Assembly (NCBI RefSeq): GCF_055900595.2
Contig: NZ_CM148325.1
DNA length: 64,000 nt
Reading direction: 5' to 3' (one strand)
Both the position numbers and the translations under genes were made by a program. Below are positions 10,657-22,495 of this stretch, piece by piece. The notes under the pieces are model-generated. The model did not search any database and was not told the DNA's origin. It saw only the letters and a list, made by a program, of their open reading frames with translations. Position 1 is the stretch's first letter. The number at the start of each line of letters is the position of its first letter.

Positions 10657-11466
10657 ATGACCACTTTTACTAAAGAACAATTAATAGAGATAATTAAGCG
10701 CAATATAACGGTTATGGATCGTTATCCTGATTTAGTAACTGCACAAATGGATCTGGAAGTATACAAAATTGCGCTGGCATCACTGGAAGCAGAACCAGTT
10801 GCTTATATTTTCAAACATCCGGCCGGGAAATTATTCTGGGCTTTAACGGATGAAAGCAATAAAGAGCAACCGGACGTTATTCCTGTTTATGCTGACTCAC
10901 CTGCGCCGGTTGTGCCGGATGAAATAGACGTAAACGATGTACCAAGGGCGGTGACATATTTCAAGACACACAGAGATTGTTACGCAGATGGCTGGAACGC
11001 CTGCCGCGCCGCCATGCTTCAGTCCGGAAACTTTCGGGAAAACAAGAATTCGTCAACCAATAATTTTCGGGAAATCGCGGAAACGTCAACCAACTATCCG
11101 GTAATTCCTAGTGAGGTGTTGTCCGCAATCCTGAAGGTTGCCAAGATTCGTGCCGATTTCGATGATTTTGACGGTGACAGGCGAGGTATCGGTGATTGTC
11201 TGGATGAGGCTGAGCAAGAGCTTATCGTTACCATTAACAAATATGCCAGTCAGTTGGCAGCAGAACCGATAGCGACTAATGACGTTCGAGAGCAAACAGC
11301 CGTTCCGCCAGTTCCTGTAATACAGGCTGATGTCGCGCAGGCAATTGAAAAACTCAAACGGAAATTAGTGGAATGCAATCGCTATAACTACTGCGCAGAT
11401 GCAGTTAAGGGCGTTGAGTATGCCTGCCACGCTGCCACGCTGCCACGCTGCCATGCTTCAGGGTAG
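10657..11466 (+). CDS. Hypothetical protein (269 aa)
   Basis: Long ORF; 3-prime end carries the CTGCCACG tandem repeat. Confidence 0.55.
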   Translation: MTTFTKEQLIEIIKRNITVMDRYPDLVTAQMDLEVYKIALASLEAEPVAYIFKHPAGKLFWALTDESNKEQPDVIPVYADSPAPVVPDEIDVNDVPRAVTYFKTHRDCYADGWNACRAAMLQSGNFRENKNSSTNNFREIAETSTNYPVIPSEVLSAILKVAKIRADFDDFDGDRRGIGDCLDEAEQELIVTINKYASQLAAEPIATNDVREQTAVPPVPVIQADVAQAIEKLKRKLVECNRYNYCADAVKGVEYACHAATLPRCHASG

Positions 11467-11857
11467 CCAACCTGTAAGCCAAACTTACAAGTTTCCAGTT
11501 AATACACCTTGCCAGGATGCGCCAGCCCATATCTGGCTGCAAACAGCTGGAGTATGGCCAGAAGATGGCGAGTTAAGCGAATTAACGTGGTGCAGCCACA
11601 ATCAGCACCATGATGACACGCTATATGTTCGAGCTGACTTGGTAAATGGCAATTCTCCGGTAACTCCGGATGGTTGGATAAGCTGTAGTGATCGAATGCC
11701 AAACGAAGAAGATGTTTTGGTTTATTGCTCAGACACTAAAGAGCAGATGGTAGGGTTTCACAAAGGTAAAGGGTTATTTCAATTCTTTTACATGAATGGT
11801 GTTGAGGGGGTATGTGAGCCGTCACACTGGATGCCGCTACCAGAGCCTCCACTTTGA
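11399..11857 (+). CDS. Phage protein with DUF551-like C-terminus; start uncertain (ATG at 11399, 11420 or 11453)
   Basis: C-terminal W.PLPEPP-type motif; no convincing SD at any candidate start. Confidence 0.5.
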   Translation: MQLRALSMPATLPRCHAAMLQGSQPVSQTYKFPVNTPCQDAPAHIWLQTAGVWPEDGELSELTWCSHNQHHDDTLYVRADLVNGNSPVTPDGWISCSDRMPNEEDVLVYCSDTKEQMVGFHKGKGLFQFFYMNGVEGVCEPSHWMPLPEPPL

Positions 11858-11953
11858 AAGCGAAGCTTATACATATCTTTTACATCAGCAATCTATTGTT
11901 AATCTCCAATCAATGTTACGTTGTCATCTCACTCATGCTTTGGAGGTAGTGAT

Positions 11954-12133
11954 ATGTCTTGTCCAAAATGCGGTTCTGGAAATATTGCAAAAGAAAAAAC
12001 AATGCGTGGATGGTCTGGTGATTATGTGTGCTGCGATTGCGGATACAACGACTCTAAAGACGCATTTGGAGAGCGTGGTAAAAACGAGTTTGTCAAAATT
12101 AATAAAGATCGCGAAGGCAACGGAAAAAGCTAA
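11954..12133 (+). CDS. Hypothetical zinc-ribbon protein
   Basis: CPKCG...CCDCG; GGAGG SD. Confidence 0.5.
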   Translation: MSCPKCGSGNIAKEKTMRGWSGDYVCCDCGYNDSKDAFGERGKNEFVKINKDREGNGKS

Positions 12134-12198
12134 TTTATTTATTCATATATGAAAACAATGTAACCAATATTCGAATTGAAGAACTGAAAGAACACCAA

Positions 12199-12220
12199 GC
12201 CGCCTGATGGCGGTTTTTTC
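12199..12220 (+). terminator. Rho-independent terminator upstream of xis
   Basis: GCCGCC-TGAT-GGCGG hairpin followed by TTTTTT. Confidence 0.45.
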
Positions 12221-12246
12221 TTGCGTGTAATTGCGGAGACTTTGCG

Positions 12247-12465
12247 ATGTACTTGACACTTCAGGAGTGGAACGCACGCCAGCGACGCCCAAGAAGCCTT
12301 GAAACAGTTCGTCGATGGGTACGCGAGTGCAGGATATTCCCTCCTCCGGTTAAGGATGGAAGAGAGTATCTGTTCCACGAATCAGCGGTAAAGGTTGACT
12401 TAAATCGACCAGTAACAGGTAGCCTTTTGAAGAGGATCAGAAATGGGAAGAAGGCGAAGTCATGA
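12247..12465 (+). CDS. xis: Excisionase
   Basis: 72 aa, MYLTLQEWNARQRRPRSLETVRRW..., lambda Xis. Confidence 0.92.
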   Translation: MYLTLQEWNARQRRPRSLETVRRWVRECRIFPPPVKDGREYLFHESAVKVDLNRPVTGSLLKRIRNGKKAKS

Positions 12466-13513
12466 GCGCCGGGATTTACCCCCTAACCTTTATATAAGAA
12501 ACAATGGATATTACTGCTACAGGGACCCAAGGACGGGTAAAGAGTTTGGATTAGGCAGAGACAGGCGAATCGCAATCACTGAAGCCATACAGGCCAACAT
12601 TGAGTTATTTTCAGGACACAAACACAAGCCTCTGACAGCGAGAATCAACAGTGATAATTCCGTTACGTTACATTCATGGCTTGATCGCTACGAAAAAATC
12701 CTGGCCAGCAGAGGAATCAAGCAGAAGACACTCATAAATTACATGAGCAAAATTAAAGCAATAAGGAGGGGTCTGCCTGATGCTCCACTTGAAGACATCA
12801 CCACAAAAGAAATTGCGGCAATGCTCAATGGATACATAGACGAGGGCAAGGCGGCGTCAGCCAAGTTAATCAGATCAACACTGAGCGATGGATTCCGAGA
12901 GGCAATAGCTGAAGGCCATATAACAACAAACCCTGTCGCTGCCACTCGCGCAGCAAAATCAGAGGTAAGGAGATCAAGACTTACGGCTGACGAATACCTG
13001 AAAATTTATCAAGCAGCAGAATCATCACCATGTTGGCTCAGACTTGCAATGGAACTGGCTGTTGTTACCGGGCAACGAGTTGGTGATTTATGCGAAATGA
13101 AGTGGTCTGATATCGTAGATGGATATCTTTATGTCGAGCAAAGCAAAACAGGCGTAAAAATTGCCATCCCAACAGCATTGCATGTTGATGCTCTCGGAAT
13201 ATCAATGAAGGAAACACTTGATAAATGCAAAGAGATTCTTGGCGGAGAAACCATAATTGCATCTACTCGTCGCGAACCGCTTTCATCCGGCACAGTATCA
13301 AGGTATTTTATGCGCGCACGAAAAGCATCAGGTCTTTCCTTCGAAGGGGATCCGCCTACCTTTCACGAGTTGCGCAGTTTGTCTGCAAGACTCTATGAGA
13401 AGCAGATAAGCGATAAGTTTGCTCAACATCTTCTCGGGCATAAGTCGGACACCATGGCATCACAGTATCGTGATGACAGAGGCAGGGAGTGGGACAAAAT
13501 TGAAATCAAATAA
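12443..13513 (+). CDS. int: Tyrosine integrase, lambda Int
   Basis: 356 aa; N-terminal arm-binding region and catalytic domain as in lambda Int; overlaps xis. Confidence 0.95.
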   Translation: MGRRRSHERRDLPPNLYIRNNGYYCYRDPRTGKEFGLGRDRRIAITEAIQANIELFSGHKHKPLTARINSDNSVTLHSWLDRYEKILASRGIKQKTLINYMSKIKAIRRGLPDAPLEDITTKEIAAMLNGYIDEGKAASAKLIRSTLSDGFREAIAEGHITTNPVAATRAAKSEVRRSRLTADEYLKIYQAAESSPCWLRLAMELAVVTGQRVGDLCEMKWSDIVDGYLYVEQSKTGVKIAIPTALHVDALGISMKETLDKCKEILGGETIIASTRREPLSSGTVSRYFMRARKASGLSFEGDPPTFHELRSLSARLYEKQISDKFAQHLLGHKSDTMASQYRDDRGREWDKIEIK

Positions 13514-13586
13514 TGATTTTATTTTGACTGATAGTGACCTGTTCGTTGCAACAAATTGATAAGCAATGCTTTTTTATAATGCCAAC

Positions 13587-13601
13587 TTAGTATAAAAAAG
13601 C
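13587..13601. other. Lambda att core (prophage-host junction, BOP-prime type) with int-proximal P-prime arm at 13514..13586
   Basis: Reverse complement reads GCTTTTTTATACTAA; flanking arm reads like lambda P-prime arm. Confidence 0.8.
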
Positions 13602-13647
13602 AGGCTTCAACGGATTCATTTTTCTATTTCATAGCCCGGAGCAACCT

Positions 13648-14931
13648 GTGAACACATTTTCAGTTTCCCGTCTGGCGCTGGCATTGGCTTTTGGCGTGAC
13701 GCTGACCGCCTGTAGCTCAACACCGCCCGATCAACGTCCTTCTGATCAAACCGCGCCTGGTACCTCTTCTCGCCCGATTCTGTCGGCAAAAGAAGCGCAG
13801 AATTTCGATGCTCAACACTATTTTGCGTCCCTGACGCCAGGTGCTGCAGCGTGGAATCCTTCCCCGATTACTCTGCCTGCGCAACCTGACTTTGTTGTCG
13901 GCCCGGCGGGTACTCCGGGTGTAACGCATACCACGATTCAGGCGGCGGTAGATGCGGCAATTATCAAGCGCACCAACAAGCGCCAGTATATTGCCGTGAT
14001 GCCTGGTGAGTATCAGGGAACGGTGTATGTCCCTGCTGCTCCGGGTGGAATTACTCTGTACGGTACAGGTGAAAAACCGATTGATGTGAAGATTGGGCTT
14101 TCCCTTGATGGGAGCATGAGCCCTGCCGACTGGCGTCACGACGTCAACCCGCGCGGCAAATATATGCCAGGTAAACCAGCGTGGTATATGTACGATAGCT
14201 GCCAGAGCAAACGCAGCGACAGTATCGGCGTTCTGTGTTCTGCGGTCTTCTGGTCACAAAACAACGGCCTGCAACTGCAAAACCTGACCATCGAAAACAC
14301 GCTGGGTGATAGCGTAGATGCGGGTAACCATCCGGCGGTGGCACTGCGTACTGATGGCGACAAAGTGCAGATCAATAACGTCAACATTCTCGGTCGTCAG
14401 AATACATTCTTTGTCACCAACAGTGGTGTGCAAAACCGTCTGGAAACCAACCGTCAGCCGCGTACTCTGGTGACCAACAGTTACATTGAAGGGGATGTGG
14501 ATATCGTTTCTGGTCGCGGCGCAGTGGTGTTCGATAATACCGAATTCCGCGTGGTGAACTCACGTACTCAGCAAGAAGCGTATGTGTTTGCACCGGCTAC
14601 GCTGTCTAACATCTATTACGGTTTCCTCGCCGTAAACAGCCGCTTCAATGCTTCCGGTGATGGCGTGGCGCAACTGGGCCGCTCGCTGGATGTTGATGCC
14701 AATACCAACGGTCAGGTGGTGATCCGTGATAGCGCCATCAACGAAGGTTTTAACACGGCTAAACCGTGGGCCGATGCGGTGATTTCCAATCGCCCGTTTG
14801 CGGGTAATACTGGCAACGTTGATGATAACGACGAAGTACAGCGTAATCTGAATGACACTAACTACAACCGCATGTGGGAATACAATAACCGCGGCGTGGG
14901 TAGCAAAGTGGTTGCAGAGGCGAAGAAGTAA
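13648..14931 (+). CDS. ybhC: Pectinesterase-family lipoprotein YbhC
   Basis: GTG start, lipoprotein signal (LTAC), 427 aa. Confidence 0.9.
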   Translation: MNTFSVSRLALALAFGVTLTACSSTPPDQRPSDQTAPGTSSRPILSAKEAQNFDAQHYFASLTPGAAAWNPSPITLPAQPDFVVGPAGTPGVTHTTIQAAVDAAIIKRTNKRQYIAVMPGEYQGTVYVPAAPGGITLYGTGEKPIDVKIGLSLDGSMSPADWRHDVNPRGKYMPGKPAWYMYDSCQSKRSDSIGVLCSAVFWSQNNGLQLQNLTIENTLGDSVDAGNHPAVALRTDGDKVQINNVNILGRQNTFFVTNSGVQNRLETNRQPRTLVTNSYIEGDVDIVSGRGAVVFDNTEFRVVNSRTQQEAYVFAPATLSNIYYGFLAVNSRFNASGDGVAQLGRSLDVDANTNGQVVIRDSAINEGFNTAKPWADAVISNRPFAGNTGNVDDNDEVQRNLNDTNYNRMWEYNNRGVGSKVVAEAKK

Positions 14932-14946
14932 AAGCGATTAACTTTT

Positions 14947-15150
<204 letters not shown>

Positions 15151-15163
15151 CACATGGCGCTTT

Positions 15164-17425
15164 TTACATCTGACGGTTTTTATTGAAGTTAATCAAACTA
15201 CCCGCCTTGATAATCTCGCGCTCTTCAGCAGTCAGACTTTCCATATAGAGCGTAATCTCTGTTACCGGCGCATCTTCATGGATCACATAACCTTTAAACG
15301 TCGTCCCCGGATTATCCAGCGCCGCTTTAATGCCAGGGATGTAAATGTAATCGCCCACTTCAAAGTTCGGTGCTTCCGCCATCTGCAGCGGTAACATTCC
15401 CCAGTTGATGACGTTAGAACGGTAGCGTTTAGTCGCGTATTCCTCGGCAATATTCGCCAGACCGCCAATCACACGCTGGCAGCTCGCCGCCTGCTCACGC
15501 GCAGAACCATCGCCTGGTTTCACCGCATAGACCATGCTGCCAATTTCAGTTTGCAGCGGATCAATATGCTCCTGACCAGCAATCTGCTTAATGCGCGCAA
15601 ACACCTCTGTCAGCTCGCTGACATTGCCCGCCAGACGCTGATTTTCCAGCTCAGCAGTCGCTTTACTTCTGCCAACATAACCTGGATCGCGGCGTGACAG
15701 GGTAAACTCCGCCAAACCAATCGGATTTGAACGATAAGAAGAGGTTTCACCGGAAGGAATCAGTTCGTCGGTGGTGGTGACTTCGTCGAGGATCTTCGAG
15801 CACACTTTGAGGACGATATTGTCAGTCAGCGCCCCCAATTCCGGCCAGTCTTTAATGTTCGGTCCGTAAATCAGCGGTTGCTGGGTCGCCCCTTTCACAA
15901 AGCCCTGATAAACACGGTTTTTATACGGCGTTACATCGAAGGCGTACTCCGGCACGTTGTCCCAGCAATCGAGTTCGCTGGCAGAGGTTAAATAGCCTCC
16001 GTTTGCCGCAGTCGCAGCAATAGAACGGGCGTCCATCAACGCCACCGCTGACATCTGACCATTAGCTGGCTTAGAGCCTTCGCGGTTCGGGAAGTTACGC
16101 GTGGTGTGGCGAATACTCAAACCGTTGTTGATTGGCGTATCACCCGCACCGAAGCATGGGCCGCAGAACGCGGTTCTGATGATTGCGCCTGCGCCAATCA
16201 AATCTGCTACCATGCCTTTTTTGGCTAAATCCATAAACACCGACTGTGATGACGGATAAACCGCCAGCGAGAAGGTGTCATTGCCACAGGATTGACCGCG
16301 CAGCGCATTCGCCGCCGCGATGACGTTTTCGTAGTTACCGCCAGAACAGCCCGCGATAATCCCCTGCTGCACTTTCAGGCGACCATTTTCCACTTTATCC
16401 AGCAGCGAGAGTTTGGCTTTACCGTGCGCCACGCGCTCGGACTCAATTTCAATCTCACGCAGAATGTCAGTCAGGTTCTGGTTCAGCATGTCGATTTCAT
16501 ACACGTTGCTCGGGTGGAACGGCAGCGCAATCATTGGTTTGATGGCGCTTAAATCAACGCTGATGCAGCCATCGTAGTACGCCATCGGTTGAGGGTTAAG
16601 CTGGCAGTAATCCTGGCCGCGACCGTGCAGCGCCAGCCAGTTATGGACTTCTTCATCAGTTTGCCAGACAGAACTTAAACAGGTAGTTTCAGTGGTCATC
16701 ACGTCAACGCTGTTACGGAAATCGGTAGAGAGCGCCGCAACACCGGGACCCACGAACTCCATCACTTTGTTTTTGACGTAGCCGTTTTTGAACACGGCAC
16801 CGATGATAGCCAGCGCCACATCCTGCGGCCCCACATACGGCGCAGGTTTTCCGGTCAAATGCACCGCAACAACTCCCGGATAGTCGATATCCCAGGTGTC
16901 ATTAAGCAGCTGTTTTACCAACTCACCGCCACCCTCACCGACTGCCATTGTCCCTAATGCACCGTAACGGGTGTGGCTGTCTGACCCGAGGATCATTTTG
17001 CCGCCGCCTGCCATCATCTCACGCATATATTGATGGATGACCGCAATATGTGGAGGCACAAAAATACCGCCATAACGCTGCGCTGCCGATAAACCAAAAA
17101 CATGGTCATCACCGTTAATGGTGCCGCCGACGGCGCAGAGTGAGTTATGGCAGTTGGTCAGCACATACGGCAGCGGGAAACGTTCCATACCGGACGCTTT
17201 AGCGGTCTGTACAATACCAACAAAGGTAATATCGTGAGAGGCTAATGAATCAAACTTAATTTTAAGTTTATCCATATTTCCGGACGTATTATGAGAAGAG
17301 AGAATAGACCAGGCAATAGTGCCTTTTTTTGCTTCTTCTTTTTTAATTTCGCCGGTGAAATGTTCTTCGGCAATTATTTCGTTATTACTGGCGAGAAACA
17401 CGCCTTTTTCAGATAACTTGATCAT
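15164..17425 (-). CDS. ybhJ: Aconitase-family hydratase YbhJ
   Basis: 753 aa from MIKLSEKG; aconitase-family size and composition. Confidence 0.85.
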   Translation of the reverse strand: MIKLSEKGVFLASNNEIIAEEHFTGEIKKEEAKKGTIAWSILSSHNTSGNMDKLKIKFDSLASHDITFVGIVQTAKASGMERFPLPYVLTNCHNSLCAVGGTINGDDHVFGLSAAQRYGGIFVPPHIAVIHQYMREMMAGGGKMILGSDSHTRYGALGTMAVGEGGGELVKQLLNDTWDIDYPGVVAVHLTGKPAPYVGPQDVALAIIGAVFKNGYVKNKVMEFVGPGVAALSTDFRNSVDVMTTETTCLSSVWQTDEEVHNWLALHGRGQDYCQLNPQPMAYYDGCISVDLSAIKPMIALPFHPSNVYEIDMLNQNLTDILREIEIESERVAHGKAKLSLLDKVENGRLKVQQGIIAGCSGGNYENVIAAANALRGQSCGNDTFSLAVYPSSQSVFMDLAKKGMVADLIGAGAIIRTAFCGPCFGAGDTPINNGLSIRHTTRNFPNREGSKPANGQMSAVALMDARSIAATAANGGYLTSASELDCWDNVPEYAFDVTPYKNRVYQGFVKGATQQPLIYGPNIKDWPELGALTDNIVLKVCSKILDEVTTTDELIPSGETSSYRSNPIGLAEFTLSRRDPGYVGRSKATAELENQRLAGNVSELTEVFARIKQIAGQEHIDPLQTEIGSMVYAVKPGDGSAREQAASCQRVIGGLANIAEEYATKRYRSNVINWGMLPLQMAEAPNFEVGDYIYIPGIKAALDNPGTTFKGYVIHEDAPVTEITLYMESLTAEEREIIKAGSLINFNKNRQM

Positions 17426-17480
17426 CAAATGCTCCAGATATCTGCGCACCGTTAAGTACGCAGAAAGATAATAAATGGAT

Positions 17481-17605
17481 ATACTCTAAATAATTCGAGT
17501 TGCAGGAAGGCGGCAAGCGAGTGAATCCCCAGGAGCTTACATAAGTAAGTGACTGGGGTGAGCGAACGCAGACGCAGCACATGCAACTTGAAGTATGACG
17601 AGTAT
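17481..17605. repeat. ERIC (intergenic repeat unit) element
   Basis: Imperfect palindrome ATACTCTAAATAATTCGAGTTGCAGGAAGGCGGCAAGCGAGTGAATCCCCAGGAGCTTACATAAGTAAGTGACTGGGGTGAGCG... Confidence 0.7.
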
Positions 17606-17607
17606 AT

Positions 17608-19041
17608 TTACAGCATGTTCCAGCCGATCAGCATATTCCACCACCACACGCCGAGGGTGATATGTACCAGGAAGGTTAATATCGTCAGTACCGCACCGAC
17701 TAACCACCAGGATTTAATATCGTTATAGCCTACGCCGAAGATGACCGGACCTGCCGCACCGCCATAGTGAGTAACCATGCCGCCATAGGAGTTGGAGAAA
17801 AGCAGCGCCAGCGCAGTTAACATTAACGGTGCGCCGGAGACGTTCGCCAGCATGGCAAATACCGGTAACATGGCAACGATATAGGCACTACCGGAAGCAA
17901 AGAAATAACGCACGATGATGCTAAGGAAAATAATAACGAAGAAAGCTACGTTACCATGACCGTCAAATGCCAGGTTATTTTTAAAGACTTCAGCTAACCA
18001 TTCGAAGAATTTAACTTTCGATAATAAGGAGCTTAAGCCGATAATACCGCCGTACCAGATTAAGGTATTCCAGCCGCCTTTATTTTTCACCACGTCTTCC
18101 CAGGTAACGATCCCCAGCAGCAGCATGGTCGCCATAACAACGATTGCCACAGTGGATTCATCTACCCCGAGCGTTTTACTGAAAATCCAGCCCAACAGCG
18201 CCAGCACAAAGACACCGAGCAGCATTTTTTCGCGGATTTTCATCGGCCCCAGTTCAGCAAGGCCCGCTTTGGCGATAGTTTTGTTATCCACTTTCTTAAT
18301 TTCTGGCGGATACATGGTGTAAATCACCAGCGGAGTGACCAGCAGCATAATGATGCCCGGTAAACCAGCGGCCAGTGCCCATCCACCCCAGCTAATTTGC
18401 AGGTGCAGAATGTCGTTGATCATTTTCAGCGCCAGAATGTTCCCCGCCATTGCGGTAAAGAACATATAGCTGGTGGTTTTGGTGACCATGTAAATGGACA
18501 TCATCAGGTAATGTCCGACACGACGCGGGCTTTTTTCAGGTTCTGACCCCAAAGCCACCGCCACGCTGTTGATGATCGGTAACACAATGCCGCCCGCACG
18601 CGCGGTGTTAGACGGTGTTGCCGGAGCCAGTACCAGATCGAGGAATACCGTAACGTAACCCAGCCCCAGCGTGGTGTTACCGATTTTACCAATCAGCAGA
18701 TAGGCTATACGTTTGCCTAAGCCGGTGGTCACAAATGCGGCGCTTAAGGTAAACGCCGAGAACACCAGCCAGGTGGTACCTGAAGAGTAACCGCTTAATA
18801 CGGCGGTAGTCTTAAATGCACCAGCGGATAAATTACCGACCACCACCATTGAGGCAGCAACGGCAATTAACAGTACGACAGGTTCCGGGAAAGGCTTGAT
18901 AACCAGCCCGACGATTGCTGCCAGGTAAATACCAAAAAGCACCCACGCCAGTTCGCTTAATCCTGCCGGAGCTGGCATAAAGCCAATAATACATGGGATC
19001 GCTAATATCAGAATTAGCTTCCATAACGATTTTTTATTCAT
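17608..19041 (-). CDS. ybhI: DASS-family anion:sodium symporter YbhI
   Basis: 477 aa, polytopic membrane protein. Confidence 0.85.
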   Translation of the reverse strand: MNKKSLWKLILILAIPCIIGFMPAPAGLSELAWVLFGIYLAAIVGLVIKPFPEPVVLLIAVAASMVVVGNLSAGAFKTTAVLSGYSSGTTWLVFSAFTLSAAFVTTGLGKRIAYLLIGKIGNTTLGLGYVTVFLDLVLAPATPSNTARAGGIVLPIINSVAVALGSEPEKSPRRVGHYLMMSIYMVTKTTSYMFFTAMAGNILALKMINDILHLQISWGGWALAAGLPGIIMLLVTPLVIYTMYPPEIKKVDNKTIAKAGLAELGPMKIREKMLLGVFVLALLGWIFSKTLGVDESTVAIVVMATMLLLGIVTWEDVVKNKGGWNTLIWYGGIIGLSSLLSKVKFFEWLAEVFKNNLAFDGHGNVAFFVIIFLSIIVRYFFASGSAYIVAMLPVFAMLANVSGAPLMLTALALLFSNSYGGMVTHYGGAAGPVIFGVGYNDIKSWWLVGAVLTILTFLVHITLGVWWWNMLIGWNML

Positions 19042-19115
19042 TTAAAATCCTGTTCTTTCTGTATGACTTATACAGAAGTCCTTTGTTAATTGCCCTTATC
19101 ACGACAACGACCTTT

Positions 19116-20168
19116 TCAGGGAAGATAAACTTCACCGGAAAATATTTTTCTGGTCGTCCGAATAACAGATGCGCGTAAGGTTGTGGCATCCTGACCTTCA
19201 TTGCTTAAATGAACGTCGAGCGCACCACTGGGATGTTCAATATTGATATTGCCATATCCTACAGAAGGGACGATTTGTCGGGTGACGGTGCCTTCCAATG
19301 CACAACTACTGGAAATGGCAATAGCACCGGTTATCGCCAGCGCACGATGGCAGGAGTGCGGCATAAAATAACGCACATTAATTGCCCCGCCTTTCTGTGC
19401 TGGAGAAATAAGCACAGGCTTAGGGATAACCATATTACTGACATCACCTAAGCCCATTGCTTTACCCGCTTGTAGGCGGATAGATTCAATGCGGGCTAAT
19501 AATGTTTTGTCGGCATCCAGTTCCGCCGGTAATTCATAGCCTGTTTTACCCAAATAATCAGCCGGAATAATGACGACTGGCATCGCCATATCGATACAAG
19601 TCACTGGAACATCGTCAAAATAATCGATCTGATTATCAGTCGGGAAAACTTTTCCGGTTTTGGTTCCAGCGGCATTCAGGAAAGTGAGCGCAACCGGTGC
19701 GGCAGTACCCGGTACGCCGTCAATTCTGGTGCTACCCTCGTACTCGACAACACCATTTGGCGTTTGCACATCAGCTTCGATGAACGTACCCGTATTGACG
19801 TTGCGGATACGTACGCGGGTAACTGGCGAAGTCGCTGCAATCAAACCATTTTCAATGGCGAATGCCCCAACGCCAGACAGCATATTGCCGCAGTTAGGTG
19901 TAGTGTCGACACGTTGCTCATGGACGATAACCTGAGCAAACAGATAATCGACGTCAGCACGCGGATCGCTGGAACGGCTAATTATGGCGACTTTACTGGT
20001 CAGCGGATTACCGCCGCCAATACCGTCAATTTCCAGATCGTTACCGGAACCCATAATTGCCATCAATATTTTATCGCGCTGCGTTTGATCTTCGGGTAGA
20101 TGTTCCGCTAACAGGAACGCGCCCCTCGAGGTTCCACCTCGCATCATCACGCAGGGTATTTTTTTCAT
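19116..20168 (-). CDS. ybhH: PrpF-family isomerase YbhH
   Basis: 350 aa, PrpF/AcnD-accessory fold signature. Confidence 0.85.
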   Translation of the reverse strand: MKKIPCVMMRGGTSRGAFLLAEHLPEDQTQRDKILMAIMGSGNDLEIDGIGGGNPLTSKVAIISRSSDPRADVDYLFAQVIVHEQRVDTTPNCGNMLSGVGAFAIENGLIAATSPVTRVRIRNVNTGTFIEADVQTPNGVVEYEGSTRIDGVPGTAAPVALTFLNAAGTKTGKVFPTDNQIDYFDDVPVTCIDMAMPVVIIPADYLGKTGYELPAELDADKTLLARIESIRLQAGKAMGLGDVSNMVIPKPVLISPAQKGGAINVRYFMPHSCHRALAITGAIAISSSCALEGTVTRQIVPSVGYGNINIEHPSGALDVHLSNEGQDATTLRASVIRTTRKIFSGEVYLP

Positions 20169-20351
20169 AATAATGCCCTCAATTTAAAAACATAACTTAT
20201 TGCGATATGGTTACATTAAGGGCAAAGCATCTCTAATGACTTTAGCTCAACGATTAATAACATTTTTTCATTAATTTAAGTTGGCTAAATGCAGTTAAAA
20301 TTTTTAACGGCCTGTCATCCAAAATCGTCGCATCCATTTTTCGGAGTAATA

Positions 20352-21305
20352 ATGAAGCATGAATTATCAAGTATGAAGGCATTTGTCATACTGGCAGAGT
20401 CCAGTTCATTTAACAATGCTGCTAAATTACTCAATATTACGCAACCTGCATTAACGCGAAGAATAAAAAAGATGGAAGAGGATTTACATATTCAACTATT
20501 TGAGCGTACAACTCGCAAGGTTACGTTAACAAAAGCAGGAAAAAGGTTGCTCCCGGAGGCACGGGAATTAATAAAGAAATTCGATGAAACGCTTTTTAAT
20601 ATTCGTGATATGAATGCTTATCATCGTGGTATGGTGACGTTAGCGTGTATTCCGACCGCAGTATTTTATTTTTTACCACTGGCAATCGGTAAATTTAATG
20701 AGCTGTATCCCAATATTAAAGTGCGGATTCTGGAACAAGGCACGAATAATTGCATGGAATCGGTGCTGTGTAACGAATCAGACTTTGGCATAAACATGAA
20801 CAACGTCACAAATTCATCCATTGATTTTACCCCACTGGTCAACGAGCCGTTTGTGCTGGCCTGTCGGCGTGACCACCCATTAGCCAAAAAGCAGCTTGTA
20901 GAATGGCAGGAGTTAGTAGGTTACAAAATGATTGGCGTACGCTCCTCCCGCGGCAACCGACTGCTGATAGAACAGCAACTGGCCGACAAGCCCTGGAAGC
21001 TGGATTGGTTTTACGAAGTGCGTCATCTTTCGACGTCGTTAGGACTGGTAGAGGCGGGACTGGGGATTTCAGCGCTTCCTGGTCTTGCAATGCCCCATGC
21101 GCCCTATTCTTCCATTATTGGTATCCCGCTGGTGGAACCCGTTATACGTCGGACATTGGGGATTATTCGCCGCAAAGATGCCGTACTTTCTCCGGCTGCA
21201 GAACGCTTTTTTGCCTTGCTGATTAATTTATGGACCGACGATAAAGACAACTTGTGGACCAATATCGTCGAACGCCAGAGACATGCGTTACAGGAGATAG
21301 GTTAA
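20352..21305 (+). CDS. ybhD: LysR-family regulator YbhD
   Basis: N-terminal HTH; divergent from ybhH. Confidence 0.8.
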   Translation: MKHELSSMKAFVILAESSSFNNAAKLLNITQPALTRRIKKMEEDLHIQLFERTTRKVTLTKAGKRLLPEARELIKKFDETLFNIRDMNAYHRGMVTLACIPTAVFYFLPLAIGKFNELYPNIKVRILEQGTNNCMESVLCNESDFGINMNNVTNSSIDFTPLVNEPFVLACRRDHPLAKKQLVEWQELVGYKMIGVRSSRGNRLLIEQQLADKPWKLDWFYEVRHLSTSLGLVEAGLGISALPGLAMPHAPYSSIIGIPLVEPVIRRTLGIIRRKDAVLSPAAERFFALLINLWTDDKDNLWTNIVERQRHALQEIG

Positions 21306-21345
21306 TACTCCGGCGCAGGAGAGACTGCGCCGGGTGAATCAGCGG

Positions 21346-22377
<1,032 letters not shown>

Positions 22378-22495
22378 CTAAAATTAGTCGCTTTTGGCGG
22401 TGAATGCTGAATTAAAACGCAGAATTTTGTCCGATAGTGGTATCGGTGTACCATTCGCGCAGACGAAAATTCTTAACCTTAATCTGGAATACGCC

